Assembly (NCBI RefSeq): GCF_006345805.1
Contig: NC_043005.1
Span: forward strand, 12,338,001-12,402,000
Direction: 5' to 3'
DNA length: 64,000 bases
Source of the DNA: Octopus sinensis
Taxonomy: Eukaryota
How positions within the stretch are numbered: the stretch's first letter is position 1; each line of letters opens with the position of its first letter. Made by a program: the position numbers and the translations under genes. The notes under the pieces are model-generated. The model did no database searches. It saw only the letters and a list, made by a program, of their open reading frames with translations, and was not told the DNA's origin. Shown here in pieces: positions 1 to 13,164 of the stretch.

Positions 1-114
1 CTTTTTCTTACTTGCTATTATTATTATTTTTTTTTTTTCTATCAACTTAATTTCTGATTTATCCATGTCACGCCTCAGCTCCACTCCGCAGCTTTTGTCA
101 ACCCACGACCTACT

Positions 115-345
115 TCAAATGTGGCTGCCAAACTGAATACTTATGAAGTTTGATATTTGCAGCTTTTGATGACAGAATATAGCTCTCTTTGAAATGGTCC
201 AAACTGCACTGATCACAATGGGTATCACACTCACCTTCGAAGCTCTAGGGGTCCTTTTCATTTCCAGTCCTAGGTCTCCGTACTTCCTGGCATTCTCGCC
301 CGTTGTCTTCAGGTATATTTTGGTCTGAATGTATAACGACGTCGA
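115..345 (-). mobile_element. Degenerate 3' fragment of an RLE-type non-LTR retrotransposon (R4/Dong-like)
   Basis: Minus-strand translation KYGDLGLEMKRTPRASKVSVIPIVISAVWTISK resembles the RLE C-terminal motif KYxDLxxE...VIPIVIGALG. Confidence 0.55.
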
Positions 346-438
346 CGCAGATTCATTCTTTAGATTCCTTCTGTAGGAGAGAGATAACCGGTTGGTTATG
401 TAGCAACTTTTCGTCTGCATGTATATTCTTTGCTACTG

Positions 439-504
439 TGGAGGCACATGGCCTAGTGGTTAGAGTAGCGGACTCGTGGTCGAGTGATCGCGAGTTCGAA
501 TCTT
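439..504 (+). mobile_element. tRNA-derived SINE head only
   Basis: A-box TGGCCTAGTGGTTAG and B-box-like GAGTTCGAATC, matching the heads of full SINEs elsewhere in the window. Confidence 0.7.
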
Positions 505-783
505 ATTACTTATTACTATTTTTGTTGTTGTTGTTGATATTATCTTCTTTCAAATTCCTTTCCATTTTTTTGCCGAGTTTCTTCCCAACACCTAGTACAA
601 AGAAACTCACTGTACATTGGTAGGCCATCAAAATAAACACACCAGAGTGTTCATTTACAAAGTCATGCAATAGGAAAAGATGGGTAAGAAAGGACAGTGA
701 GGAAAAAGAAAAAAAAAGGGATAAAAGAATGAAATTAAGAAAAACTGAAAACGAAGAAAATAAGCGGGAAAAGGAATAAAAAT

Positions 784-1016
784 TCATAGTGACAATTCTC
801 TCCTCAAAACGTCCGACGTACCACTTAATACAATATTTTGCACTTCCTGCATGGATGGTAAGCCAGGGATCATCCTCAAATAGTTGTCAGTTCCATTTTT
901 GATCATTCCATGTGCTCCTGCGATCACTGGCATTCTAACCGTCATGAGATACCACATTTTTTCGATTTCAATCAGCAGCTCGTTATATTTTCTGAGCTTA
1001 TCAAATTCTATTGCTG

Positions 1017-1020
<4 letters not shown>
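784..1020 (-). mobile_element. RLE-type LINE 3' end (family A-related), 5'-truncated at a (TAA)n tract
   Basis: KLRKYNELLIEIEKMWYLMTVRMPVIAGAHGMIK...IVLSGTSDVLRRELSL* matches the RLE domain C-terminus. Confidence 0.75.
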
Positions 1021-1053
<33 letters not shown>

Positions 1054-1602
1054 GAGTGAGAGAGCAGTGCATGCCATCAAAGTGAAACTGGGGTAAAATA
1101 TACGAAGCCCAATATACCCATCATGACTACCCGTCTGATAAGTGCACACCAGGCACATGCATCACAACCATATGTGCGCGACATGGTGATCTCATATCAA
1201 GATAAACAGCACATGACCTTGCAGATGGGGCCCAGTTAGAATTTTCTTCAGGTTGAGTAGCCCATCCCGCTCAAACGGTCCCTGAATAAGGGTTGTTTAA
1301 GGATGTTGAAAGAACCACCCATGTTTCCAGAGGTGAACTATTCAAACCCCAAAGAATCCCTCTCAACACATGGCTATGATGCTCCCCCACTACTTCTGCT
1401 CATGATCAGAGATGCACATATCGTCAGCCACTAAGGGACATGCTCAACTGGTTAAGGTCAAACAACTGACAAGCAAATCTGTGGTATTGAGCAGAATATT
1501 TGCTGTAGCCCATCTTTTATACCAAGACAAAACAATGTACATGATAACACTTCTAATCAGTTAAGATCAGAAGCCATGAGAGCCACTGCCTGGTACTGCA
1601 TC
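1054..1602 (-). mobile_element. ~550-bp (TAA)n-associated element, copy 1
   Basis: Near-identical to 1923-2477, 2499-3047 and (inverted) 50231-50781; ends ...CTCTCTCACTC(AAT)n on the minus strand. Confidence 0.9.
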
Positions 1603-1847
1603 GATGGTTATTTGTATGGAAAGTGTTCTGCGTAGGATGTGTGCAGTGCCTAGTAGTACAATTTTCTGTATGTTATATGTGTTTGTAAGTCCTGGTGTTT
1701 TTGTTATGTATTTGTCTGAATATTTTTTATCATGCCTAATGCACCTACTATGATAGGAATTGTTTCTGTTTTTAGATTCTACATTCTGCTTACCTCTATT
1801 TCCAGGTCTTTGTATTTTGAAAGTTTCTCCATTTCTTTTAGAGACAC

Positions 1848-1850
<3 letters not shown>
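1603..1850 (-). mobile_element. RLE-type LINE 3' fragment (family A)
   Basis: NVSLKEMEKLSKYKDLEIEVSRM...IPIIVGALGMIK...IVLLGTAHILRRTLS; near-identical to 49810-50063. Confidence 0.85.
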
Positions 1851-1922
<72 letters not shown>

Positions 1923-2477
1923 GAGTGAGAGAGCAGTTCATGCCATCAAAGTGACACTGGGGTAAAATATACGAAGCCCAATATACCCATCATGACTACC
2001 CGTCTGATAAAGGCACACCAGACACATGCATCACAACCATATGTGCGCGTCATGGTGATCTCATATCAAGATAAACTGCACATGACCTTGCAGGTGGGGT
2101 CCATTTAGAATTTTCTTCAGGTTGAGTAGCCCATCCCGCTCAAACGGTCCCTGAATAAGGGTTGTTTAAGGATGTTGAAAAACCCACCCATGTCTCCAGA
2201 GGTGAATTATTCAAACCCCAAAGAATCCCTCTCAATACATGGCTATGATGCTCTCCCACTACTTCTGCTCGTGATCAGAGATGCACATATCGTCAGCCAC
2301 TAAGGGACATGCTCAACTGGTTATGGTCAAACAACTGGCAAGCAAATCTGTGGTATTGAGCAGAATATTTGCTGTAGCCCATCTTTTATACCAAGACAGA
2401 ACAATGTACATGATAACACTTCCAATCAGTTAAGATCAGAAGCCATGAGAGCCTCTGCCTGGTACTGCATCAGGGCA
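1923..2477 (-). mobile_element. ~550-bp (TAA)n-associated element, copy 2
   Basis: Direct repeat of 1054-1602 with the extra terminal TGCCCT; flanked on both sides by (TTA)n. Confidence 0.9.
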
Positions 2478-2498
2478 TTTATTATTATTATTATTATT

Positions 2499-3045
2499 GA
2501 GCGAGAGATCAGTGCATGCCATCAAAGTGACACTGGGGTAAAATATACGAAGCCCAATATACCCATCATGACTACCCGTCTGATAAAGGTACACCAGGCA
2601 CATGCATTACAACCATATGTGCGCGACATGGTGATCTCATATCAAGATAAACTGCACATGACCTTGCAGGTGGGGCCCAGTTAGAATTTTCTTCAGGTTG
2701 AGTAGCCTATCCCGCTCAAAAGGTCCCTGAATAAGGGTTGTTTAAGGATGTTGAACGAAACACCCATGTTTCCAAAGGTGAATTATTCAGACTCCAAAGA
2801 ATCCCTCTCAACACATGGCTATGATGCTCCCCCACTACTTCTGCTCGTGATCAGAGATGCACATATCGTCAGCCACTAAGGGACATGCTCAACTGGTTAA
2901 GGTCAAACAACTGACAAGCAAATCTGTGGTATTGAGCAGAATATTTGCTGTAGCCCATCTTTTATACCAAGACAAAACAATGTACATGATAACACTTCCA
3001 ATCAGTTAAGATCAGAAGCCATGAGAGCCACTGCCTGGTACTGCA

Positions 3046-3047
<2 letters not shown>
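2499..3047 (-). mobile_element. ~550-bp (TAA)n-associated element, copy 3
   Basis: Direct repeat of copies 1 and 2; flanked by (ATT)n on both sides. Confidence 0.9.
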
Positions 3048-3102
<55 letters not shown>

Positions 3103-4125
3103 TATTATTATTATTATTATCATTATTATTATTGGTTGTTGTTGTTGTTGTTGTTGTTATTTGTCATTCATGTTTATGGATTTGTAAGAAATCGCAGAGG
3201 AAAAGCGATATGTTTTTTCATTGCGAAACTAGAAAATAAATCAACTGTAATGAGTATATTGAAATATTATAAGATGCCTTGTTATACGGAGTTAATACTC
3301 TACAAGACGCCAACGTTCCCATCCTTAGCGTTGGATTTTCTATAAAATTATTTCCCCAACAAACACAATGCTATAATTTGGTGGAAATATGTGTAGTTAA
3401 TTGCATCGATCCCCGTACTCAACCACTACTTATATTATTTACACCAGAAAGGAAGATACGAAGTCTATACTAGCGAGTTTTCAATTCAGAATATATACTG
3501 ACGTAGCTAAACATCACTCGGAAAATCCTTTGAAGCCCCATTGATTCTACTAAAACACACACCTCTCCTGCCAACAACTCCTCATCCAGTATCTGTCATA
3601 ATAAAATTTTATCACAGATGTAAAGCTGGAGAATAGAGAAATGCTTGAGTCATATATAATATCTTGGAACGTGGCAAATACATATTTTATGGACCATAGT
3701 TACTAAAGGTCAGCCTCGCACTGTTGAATTAATGTTTAGTTTGCTACACTTTTTAAGATGGATCGTTATTAAGGTTACATCCGTTTCTACTAATTATAGA
3801 TATGCTTCTAATATTGGAAAAAGTTATTTCTGGTTGACATTGACTATGGCACCTTGCAATTACCTTTATGTTCTTTAACCAAAAGGCATCCTAGGGAAAT
3901 ATTTTTCTGTCATTATTAGAAAGTCCCTAATCCAGGAAATATCTTCAAGCACAAACATATACTTTCCAAGTCGTTATGTGAATTGTATGTCTATGCTAAG
4001 TATTCTTGCCTGAAGACGTATAGAATGATATATATCCGGAGATTTTAATATTTCTCCCGGAGATTAAACAACCTCTCCACACTCAGAAATTAATTTTAGC
4101 CTTATAATGTAACGTCACACTTTTC

Positions 4126-4419
4126 AAGCCTACCCAGGCTCATGGGCCCGGTTTCCTGGTTTTTGTGGCGTATGTGTTCCCCCCAGCTGGACGGGATGCC
4201 AGTACTTCGCAGCGCTACTCAGGAAACAGGAAGAGCGAGTGAGAGAAACTTGTGGCGAAAGAGTACAACGGGGGTCGCCACCACCCACTGCCGGAGCCGC
4301 GTGGAGCTTTTAGGTGTTTTCGCTCAATAAACATACACAACGCCCGATCTGGGAATCGAAACCGCGATCCTCCGACCGCGTGTCCGCTGCCCTAACCACT
4401 GGGCCATTGTGCCTCCACC
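4126..4419 (-). mobile_element. tRNA-derived SINE
   Basis: Reverse complement starts GGTGGAGGCACAATGGCCCAGTGGTTAGGGCAGCGG with B-box GGTTTCGATTCCC; body shared with 22292, 35951 and 61563. Confidence 0.85.
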
Positions 4420-5137
4420 TTTTAGCCTTATGATATTCTAAATATTTCTCCCTTACCACTTTTGCGATGAATTTTCTTAATGTTAATTGACAAATCGAAG
4501 TTCTCATTAAAGGACACAATTTAAATTCATTATAAATTACTACATTCACTACATTCCGAAAGATATCTCGCTATATCTATAAAGGCCTTCTGGTTAGTTA
4601 TTGGCTCATGAATTAATTATAGAGTTCCCAATGTCAGCAATATCAAAACTGTAGTATACTTTTTACATAGCTAGTGTTTTTTCTGTGACCTCCGTTTGTA
4701 TAGAAAGTTAAAGTCAATATTCAAATAGAGCAATATGTGGAGTACTAAATGTGTAAATATTCCTACTGTATCTTATTTCGATAATGCAAGCCTTAGCTTC
4801 CAGCTCATGCCGTATACACTATCATTTCATCTGGTTTCTAAAGACAGTATTTTCTTAAAGGAAAAAACATCACTCAAAATGTTTCACTTTTGAATTTGTC
4901 ATCCAAAGATAGTATGTGACGAATCTGCAAATTCGATGTAATTACACTATGAACGATTAATTTGACTTGTCATGTCATGGCTGATGGATGGGCTTTGTTT
5001 TCAAACAAATTGCTAATAAAAACTCAGTTTTGTGATCCAAATAATACAAACAACAGCACTCATTTGATATTAGACTATGCTATTTTTGGTCATCTACAGA
5101 GAAGAAACATATATGTGATGTACTATGTTCATGTGCT

Positions 5138-5569
5138 GGATCTTTTCGGTTTGAACGGCAGTTTTTAACATAATTTCTAGGAAACTAAAAAAATTTAAAC
5201 TTCGTATACTGGTAGAATGTGTTTATAAATCATCTTTTTCTCTTGGCTTTATTGAGAAAATTCTATAGTTTGTAAGATATTTGTTGGGTTTTGTTCTTCA
5301 ATTTCTGCAATTTCAACCAATCACTGACGTCTATTGAGGTAAAAAAAAAACCCATTCTGTGCCATATGTATATGTCCCTCGTTTAAGAAACAGATTGGGT
5401 TTATTTACATTTGTGAAGAAAAACGAATACCCTCCGCCCACCCCTAACTCTAACTAACCCTAATCCTAAAACAGGTTGAAATGCAATAGATCGATACTAG
5501 GGTCATAATTATGGGTGACAATTTCATATGACACCGCTAGAAAAACTGCCGTTCAAACCGAAAAGATCC
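5138..5569. mobile_element. Non-autonomous DNA transposon (MITE) with an internal telomere-like repeat
   Basis: 29-bp TIRs GGATCTTTTCGGTTTGAACGGCAGTTTTT (5138-5166 and 5541-5569); 8-bp flanks CATGTGCT/CATATGCT; internal CCCTAA-like run near 5442-5468. Confidence 0.8.
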
Positions 5570-5605
5570 CATATGCTTACATACATATCTTCGTTGTGTT
5601 TCTTT

Positions 5606-5951
5606 TTGTATGTATGTAAGTATATGTGTAAATGTGTAGATTTGTATTTTTTTTGTCATATATCTGTTCTCATGCATATAGTTGCATATCTAGATATGCT
5701 CACTTATACTTAAATGGGAAAAATTTGGAAAGTTTTACAGATTTTCATAGTTCCAGTGATGGCTTAGAATTGTAGTCTTCGAATCAGCTTTCTCTTTTTT
5801 TTTCTCTTTTTCAGAAGCCTAATTACTCAAGATTGGTACTTATGTAGTGTGTTACATATCCTAGTGCTCCAATAATAACAAGTATAAATCTGAACATGTA
5901 ATCTGGATAGAGTAACTGTAGATTTCTCAACAGTTCAGTGTAGTTAGTTTT

Positions 5952-5983
<32 letters not shown>

Positions 5984-6030
5984 TGTATGTATGTATGTAT
6001 GTATGTATGTATGTATGTATGTATGTATGC
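5606..6030 (-). mobile_element. RLE-type LINE 3' end (family B) bounded by (CATA)n
   Basis: YTELLRNLQLLYPDYMFRFILVIIGALGYVT (RLE C-terminus); long (TATG)n at 5956-6028 and a short (TGTA)n at the 3' end. Confidence 0.7.
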
Positions 6031-6934
6031 AATGCTTAAAAAATATATCTGCAGCTAAGATAATTAGGAATCCTTTCCAATATTTCTCACTGAGCGAACA
6101 GCTCTTTACAGAGTGCCATGTAGATAAGTGATATATTTGAACATTCATGCAGTTGCTAATGGAAATTAAACGCCTTCTAGATGACGTCTCTCAAGTGTTG
6201 CTTGCGAAAAATAGCATATGAATATGTCTGAATTGAACTTTACCGTTTTTAATCAGGAACGAAGCATTTCATTATTTGTTCGAAATACGCTATTTGCAAA
6301 TACGACAAAAGCAAGACAGATCTGATGGCCACGAATGGAACATTTTTTGCGCATAGGTAGTTCTACTACAGTAGGCATCATATGAATGATAAAATAAGTA
6401 TCCGGCGTTTATAGCTGTTTTACATTTTGCTAACAAAACTCTACTTTGCACCGAAAAGCTTGTCTTCCAGTTGCTCATAAATAAACAGAATTTATAGTAA
6501 TCATATACGTTATACTAAGGTTTGAAATATGACCCCCGATATCACGCATTTTGAAGACGGCAAAACTAAGGTTATTCTTGGATCAAAATCTTGTGTTCTC
6601 TCTCGTGAACTAGTTATGTTTGTTTTCTACCTGTCAGTACAAACAGTGTGATTTTATCAGAAACTGTCTCTGCACAGTACTCTTACACTTCAAACAAAAT
6701 CTTTGAACAGTTCCTTTAGAGAGCAAACACGCCACTTATTTTATACTTGTATGCCTGTATATGTTTGCAGCTATGTATGCAAGCGCGTGTGGCTGTGTAT
6801 ATAATGGTGGCATGCTCAGTAAATTTAGCTAGCATAAATTGACAACATGCACACACGCATACATACTACATCTGCACGAATGCATACATGTATGTGTGTG
6901 TGTGTTTGTGTGTGTCTGTGTATGTATGTATGTA

Positions 6935-6976
6935 GCATCTATCTATCTACCTATTTATCTATCTATCTATCTATCT

Positions 6977-7034
<58 letters not shown>

Positions 7035-7122
7035 CATCCATCTATCTATCTATTTATGTATCTATCTATTTATCTATCTATCTATCTACCTATTTATCTA
7101 TCTATCTATCTTTCTATCTATC

Positions 7123-7153
<31 letters not shown>

Positions 7154-7205
7154 CCATCCATCTATCTATTTATCTATCTATCTATATATCCATCCATCTA
7201 TCTAT

Positions 7206-7259
<54 letters not shown>

Positions 7260-7276
7260 CTATCTATCTATCTATC
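6935..7276. repeat. (TCTA)n tetranucleotide microsatellite
   Basis: About 340 bp of TCTA/TCCA/TTTA units. Confidence 0.95.
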
Positions 7277-8597
7277 CATACACACACACTGACCAGCGTA
7301 CGCAGGGATGAAACACGCGCGTACAAATACACGTATTTAAACATCATAAATTGCTCGCTCTTTATTCACAATTTGCGGGAACAATAAATGTTATGCGATA
7401 TTTCTGAAGTATTCCTGTCGTAAGTGGTATGCAATTTCACACGACATCTAATTTTATAGCCCTTAATAGCGACCGCTGGTGGTGGTGGTGGTCGTCGTCG
7501 TCGTCGTCGTGTTCGTGGTGTTGGCGGTGGCGGTACAGCTGCTACTGCAGCTTGCATTGCAGCTGCTGATTTCATATTCTGTTGCTCGACAAATCATAAG
7601 CTATCCATGTGATTCTCCTTTTGCTCGCCCTCTTTCCTTTCATTTTTCTACTCTCATCTCTCACTCTCCAATGTCTCCCTATCTCGATTCCTCTTCCTAT
7701 CTGTCTCGCTCTCTCCAACCATTTACCTATCTTTCTTTTGCTCCCTCTCTTTCTTTCTCTTTTCTTTCTCCAACCGGCAATTGTTGGATTATTTTTCTCG
7801 CTGCTGTTCCTTGACACGAATCATTGCATGACGGGATAAACCTATCTAAATCCATATTTCTACTTTACTCTAATAAACAAGCATTATAAACGAACGCAAT
7901 TTTAACACATTATTGAAGCATACAGAATGTACTTAATGCTAACCATTTTATCTACAAATAATTCAACATGGCTTTCTATACTCATTTACATATAAAGGAA
8001 TCTCTGTTCACCTGTTTCGTTTCATCAATTTACGTAAAAGTTGCTATGGGAGGAAAAAAATATGTCTTAACTGTTTTGAGCGAATTTTTTAACATCTTCT
8101 CATGAATATAGATTACTGGCAATCTTTTCTTTCTTTTAAATATCTTGATTACTTAAACTAAGATGAATAGAATTGAGTGCCTGCTCAAAGTAGTACATAA
8201 TGTATTATTAATGCGTGTAATGGAGAGAAAACACTTTAATGAACGAAAAAGCATTCGGGTAATATCGAGAGATGCTTTTTTGACTTTCATTCTTTATTAT
8301 AATGTAGCTTGTAGCTATGATAATGATATCACTTTCATTTAAGTTATTTTAGTTTTGTGTGTATGTGCTGTGTATGTGTGTGTTTGTGTTTGTGTGTGTG
8401 CGCACGTGTGTGTGTATGTGTGTATACGTATGTATTCGTGTGTGTACTTGTGTGTGAGCGTATGTCTGCGCGTGAATATATGTAGATAGATGGATACACA
8501 GGCAGATACACAGAAGCATAAACAGATGTGTATGCTTATGCGGATACGTATGAATGTGTTATATATATATACGTACGTTTTTCTATATATATGTATA

Positions 8598-8635
<38 letters not shown>

Positions 8636-8821
8636 CATATACATATATCTGTGTGTCTGTATGTGCATAGTCAATGTGATTATAAATTCCCTTTAACCTT
8701 TAAATGATAAGTAAACTTCTCACTTTTTGATTTCTAAAGATTTATAGCTTGTGTATATATATATATATATATATATAACAAAGTGGAGTTATGGGGTACC
8801 GCACGAGTGGAATTATATACA

Positions 8822-9042
8822 AAAGAAGGTTTGAAAATGCAATTTAAAAGATGTTTATTTACTTACATCTTTTAAATTGCATTTTCAAACCTTCTTTCGT
8901 AAATATATATATATATATATATTTATTATATAGAAGGAGCTTCTACAGGACTAGAACTGTTACATTCAAGAGAAATCTTCAGGAAGATTTCTCTTGAATG
9001 TAACAGTTCTAGTCCTGTAGAAGCTCCTTCTATATAATAAAT
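8822..9042. repeat. Two adjacent perfect inverted repeats
   Basis: 33-bp arms 8822-8854/8865-8897 and 60-bp arms 8921-8980/8983-9042, inside (TA)n. Confidence 0.95.
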
Positions 9043-9221
9043 TAATTTTACTCTGCTATGTATTGAGTACCTTATTTACTGTGGTTAACCCCGAATCAAC
9101 CCGGGACCTACATATATATATATATATATAGACACACACACACATATATCCATATATATATACATACATTTACATATATATATATACATACATATATACA
9201 TATATACATACATATATATAT

Positions 9222-9264
<43 letters not shown>

Positions 9265-9268
9265 TATA

Positions 9269-9313
<45 letters not shown>

Positions 9314-9314
9314 A

Positions 9315-9697
9315 CTCTTTCACTCTTTTACTCTTTTACTTGTTTCAGTCATTTGACTGCGGCCATGCTGGAGCAAATCGACCCCGGGACTTATTCTTTT
9401 GTAAGCCCAGTACTTATTCAATCGTTCTCTTTTGCTGAACCGCTAAGTAACGTGGACATAAACACACCAGCATCGGTTGTCAACTAATGCTAGGGGGACA
9501 AACACAGACACACAAATACACACACGCATATATACTACGGGCTTCTTTCAGTTTCCGTCTACCAAATCCACTCACAAGACTTTGGTCGGCCCGAGACTAT
9601 AGTAGAAGACACTTGCCCAAGGTGCCACGCAGTTGGACTGAACCCGGAACCATGTGGTTGGTAAACAAGCTACTTACCACACAGCCACTCCTGCGCC
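9315..9697 (-). mobile_element. SINE with internal microsatellite and (AAAAGAGT)-like tail
   Basis: Reverse complement of the family at 27176-27606 and 59075-59585 (GGCGCAGGAGTGGCTGTGTGGTAAGTAGC...CATGGCCGCAGTCAAATGACTGAAAC). Confidence 0.9.
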
Positions 9698-9701
9698 TAT
9701 A

Positions 9702-11030
<1,329 letters not shown>

Positions 11031-11124
11031 ATTTACTTTTAAATAATTTACGTCCGTACTATTTCCGCCTCTATCTTTTATATATAAAAATTTGATTTGT
11101 ATAGATCTTTGATCTTTTTCAACC

Positions 11125-11189
<65 letters not shown>

Positions 11190-11850
11190 TATATATAACA
11201 AATGCAAAACTGTACACAACACATACGATACCAACAGTAAAAAAATGCGGACGACCTAATTCTTGTACGTGCCCATACCTAATTAAAGGCTCAGAATTCA
11301 CATTCCAGTAAGGAGAAAAGTTTTTAATTAAGACCAACTTCATATATGCCTCTCAATACCCAATTTATGTCTTAAACTGTTCAGGTTGTGTCCAGAATTG
11401 AGACGGAGAGTTAAGTTGCATAAAGAACAGATTCGTTTTCCTCGATAAAGGCGGATAGCTCTGAGCGAACATATTGACAGAAGCGCAAGAAATAAAACAC
11501 CGAATTTCCATATTTTTCCATTATACTAATGCAAAGATTCAATCCCCTTACAAGAACGCTTAATCAAGAAAATCCTATTCATACAAAAGTACACACCACA
11601 CATTAATATACAAAGTTGACCACCTGATCCGTACAATTCCTATTTCAAAATCAAATTCCTTTATCACTATTCAATAAGATCAAGGAGATAGCTCCCCACT
11701 ACCTTGCCACCTATTGCCTCCTTTATCCACTCTATCCATTCATTCTTAATTTTCAAGGAATCCAAAATAGAGTCATTCCTTTGTCCATTGACAAGCTAAT
11801 TTAAATAGCAAAAACCGGGCGGATATCACTACATTTTATGATACACTTAC
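11190..11850 (+). mobile_element. Penelope-like element 3' remnant (GIY-YIG domain with upstream Cys motif), flanked by (TA)n
   Basis: KKCGRPNSCTCPYL...IYVLNCSGC, then LRRRVKLHKEQIRFP...LSEHID...FHIFPL...ILFIQKYTPHIN; stops and frameshifts present. Confidence 0.75.
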
Positions 11851-11871
11851 CACCCATAATATATATATATA

Positions 11872-11960
<89 letters not shown>

Positions 11961-12098
11961 TACATATATATATATATATGCACATATATACATATATATA
12001 TATACACATATACATATACGTACACACACACACGAATTATTAAAACTATGGGAAATGAAGACATTTCTCTTCCCCTTTTTATATGTTTTCACATATTT

Positions 12099-12183
<85 letters not shown>

Positions 12184-12978
12184 ATATGTTGTTTTTAATA
12201 TCATATTATTAACAACTGTGTCTTCTATATTTTAGTAAATCATCACATTATCAAAGGATGAAAGATCAGTCGTTGTCCTAAAATGGCCATATTTAATTAA
12301 AACCCATCCCTCCCCATACAAACTCTTGCGAGTTTGTATGGGGTCGGATGAGATCCAATCGCGAAATTTTCAAACGACGTAACTTTACAATTTCAGTTTT
12401 AAACTTGCGTAGGCCTGCAAGACCGAAGCGTTGTAGGGAAGCACTGCTATATATTACCATTTATCTCCAATGAAATCTACACACTTCAATACACTGAGCT
12501 TCAAAGTTCCCCTCTCGTGTGTATCTCTATACAAACATATCAATTTTAAAGTTAAGAAAAGGTTTCTTATGTTGCTGATTCAGAAAGTATTTGATTATCA
12601 TAAATATGAAAGACTTGTGACGTTTGAACACATTATTGACTCAGTAGCTACTAATAGAGACTACCTTTGTAATGTTATATTCAGTGAGGAAACTATGTTC
12701 ATGTTGGTCTCACAGATTCAAGTATGTTAACTATGGGTTATGAAAACTCTCGCAAAACACTTGATCGTTGCTTCCAATCGCAAAAGGTTGCTGTTCTGAG
12801 GGGTTCTAGAACATAGCATAGGTCCTTGACCCAATAATCTTCACAACAGCTGAAGAAAAAGTACATATTTGGAGTTCCTGAAAAATATTTTGGTATCAGA
12901 CATGCTCAAGCCTATTTTATGGAAGGTGTTACATTTTCCAAACGAGGTCTCAATGTTCAGCAAGTTTTTAATCTATAA

Positions 12979-13164
12979 CAGTGCTCCGTAATCTGTATGC
13001 CGCAGCACGCTGGTATGCCACGAGATGATCCTAGGTGTCACGCAGTGTAAACTGAATATAATTTTTGTCCCTGTACTCTTAGATATATTTTTAATTCAGG
13101 TATGCCACCGAATTTTGAAAAGAATATACGTGTACCACAAGTGAAAAAATGTTGCGGACCACTG
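12979..13164. mobile_element. hAT-type MITE
   Basis: TIRs CAGTGCTCCGTAA / TTGCGGACCACTG with a perfect 8-bp TSD ATCTATAA (12971-12978, 13165-13172). Confidence 0.85.

Noticed and set aside
1054-3047. CRISPR-like or satellite interpretation of the three direct repeats
   Set aside because: Units are ~550 bp, separated by microsatellite and LINE pieces, with a dispersed fourth copy; eukaryotic context with no cas genes.
7366-7575. MKSAAAMQAAVAAVPPPP... ORF
   Set aside because: Largely produced by GGT/CGT/GCA triplet repeats; no independent coding evidence.
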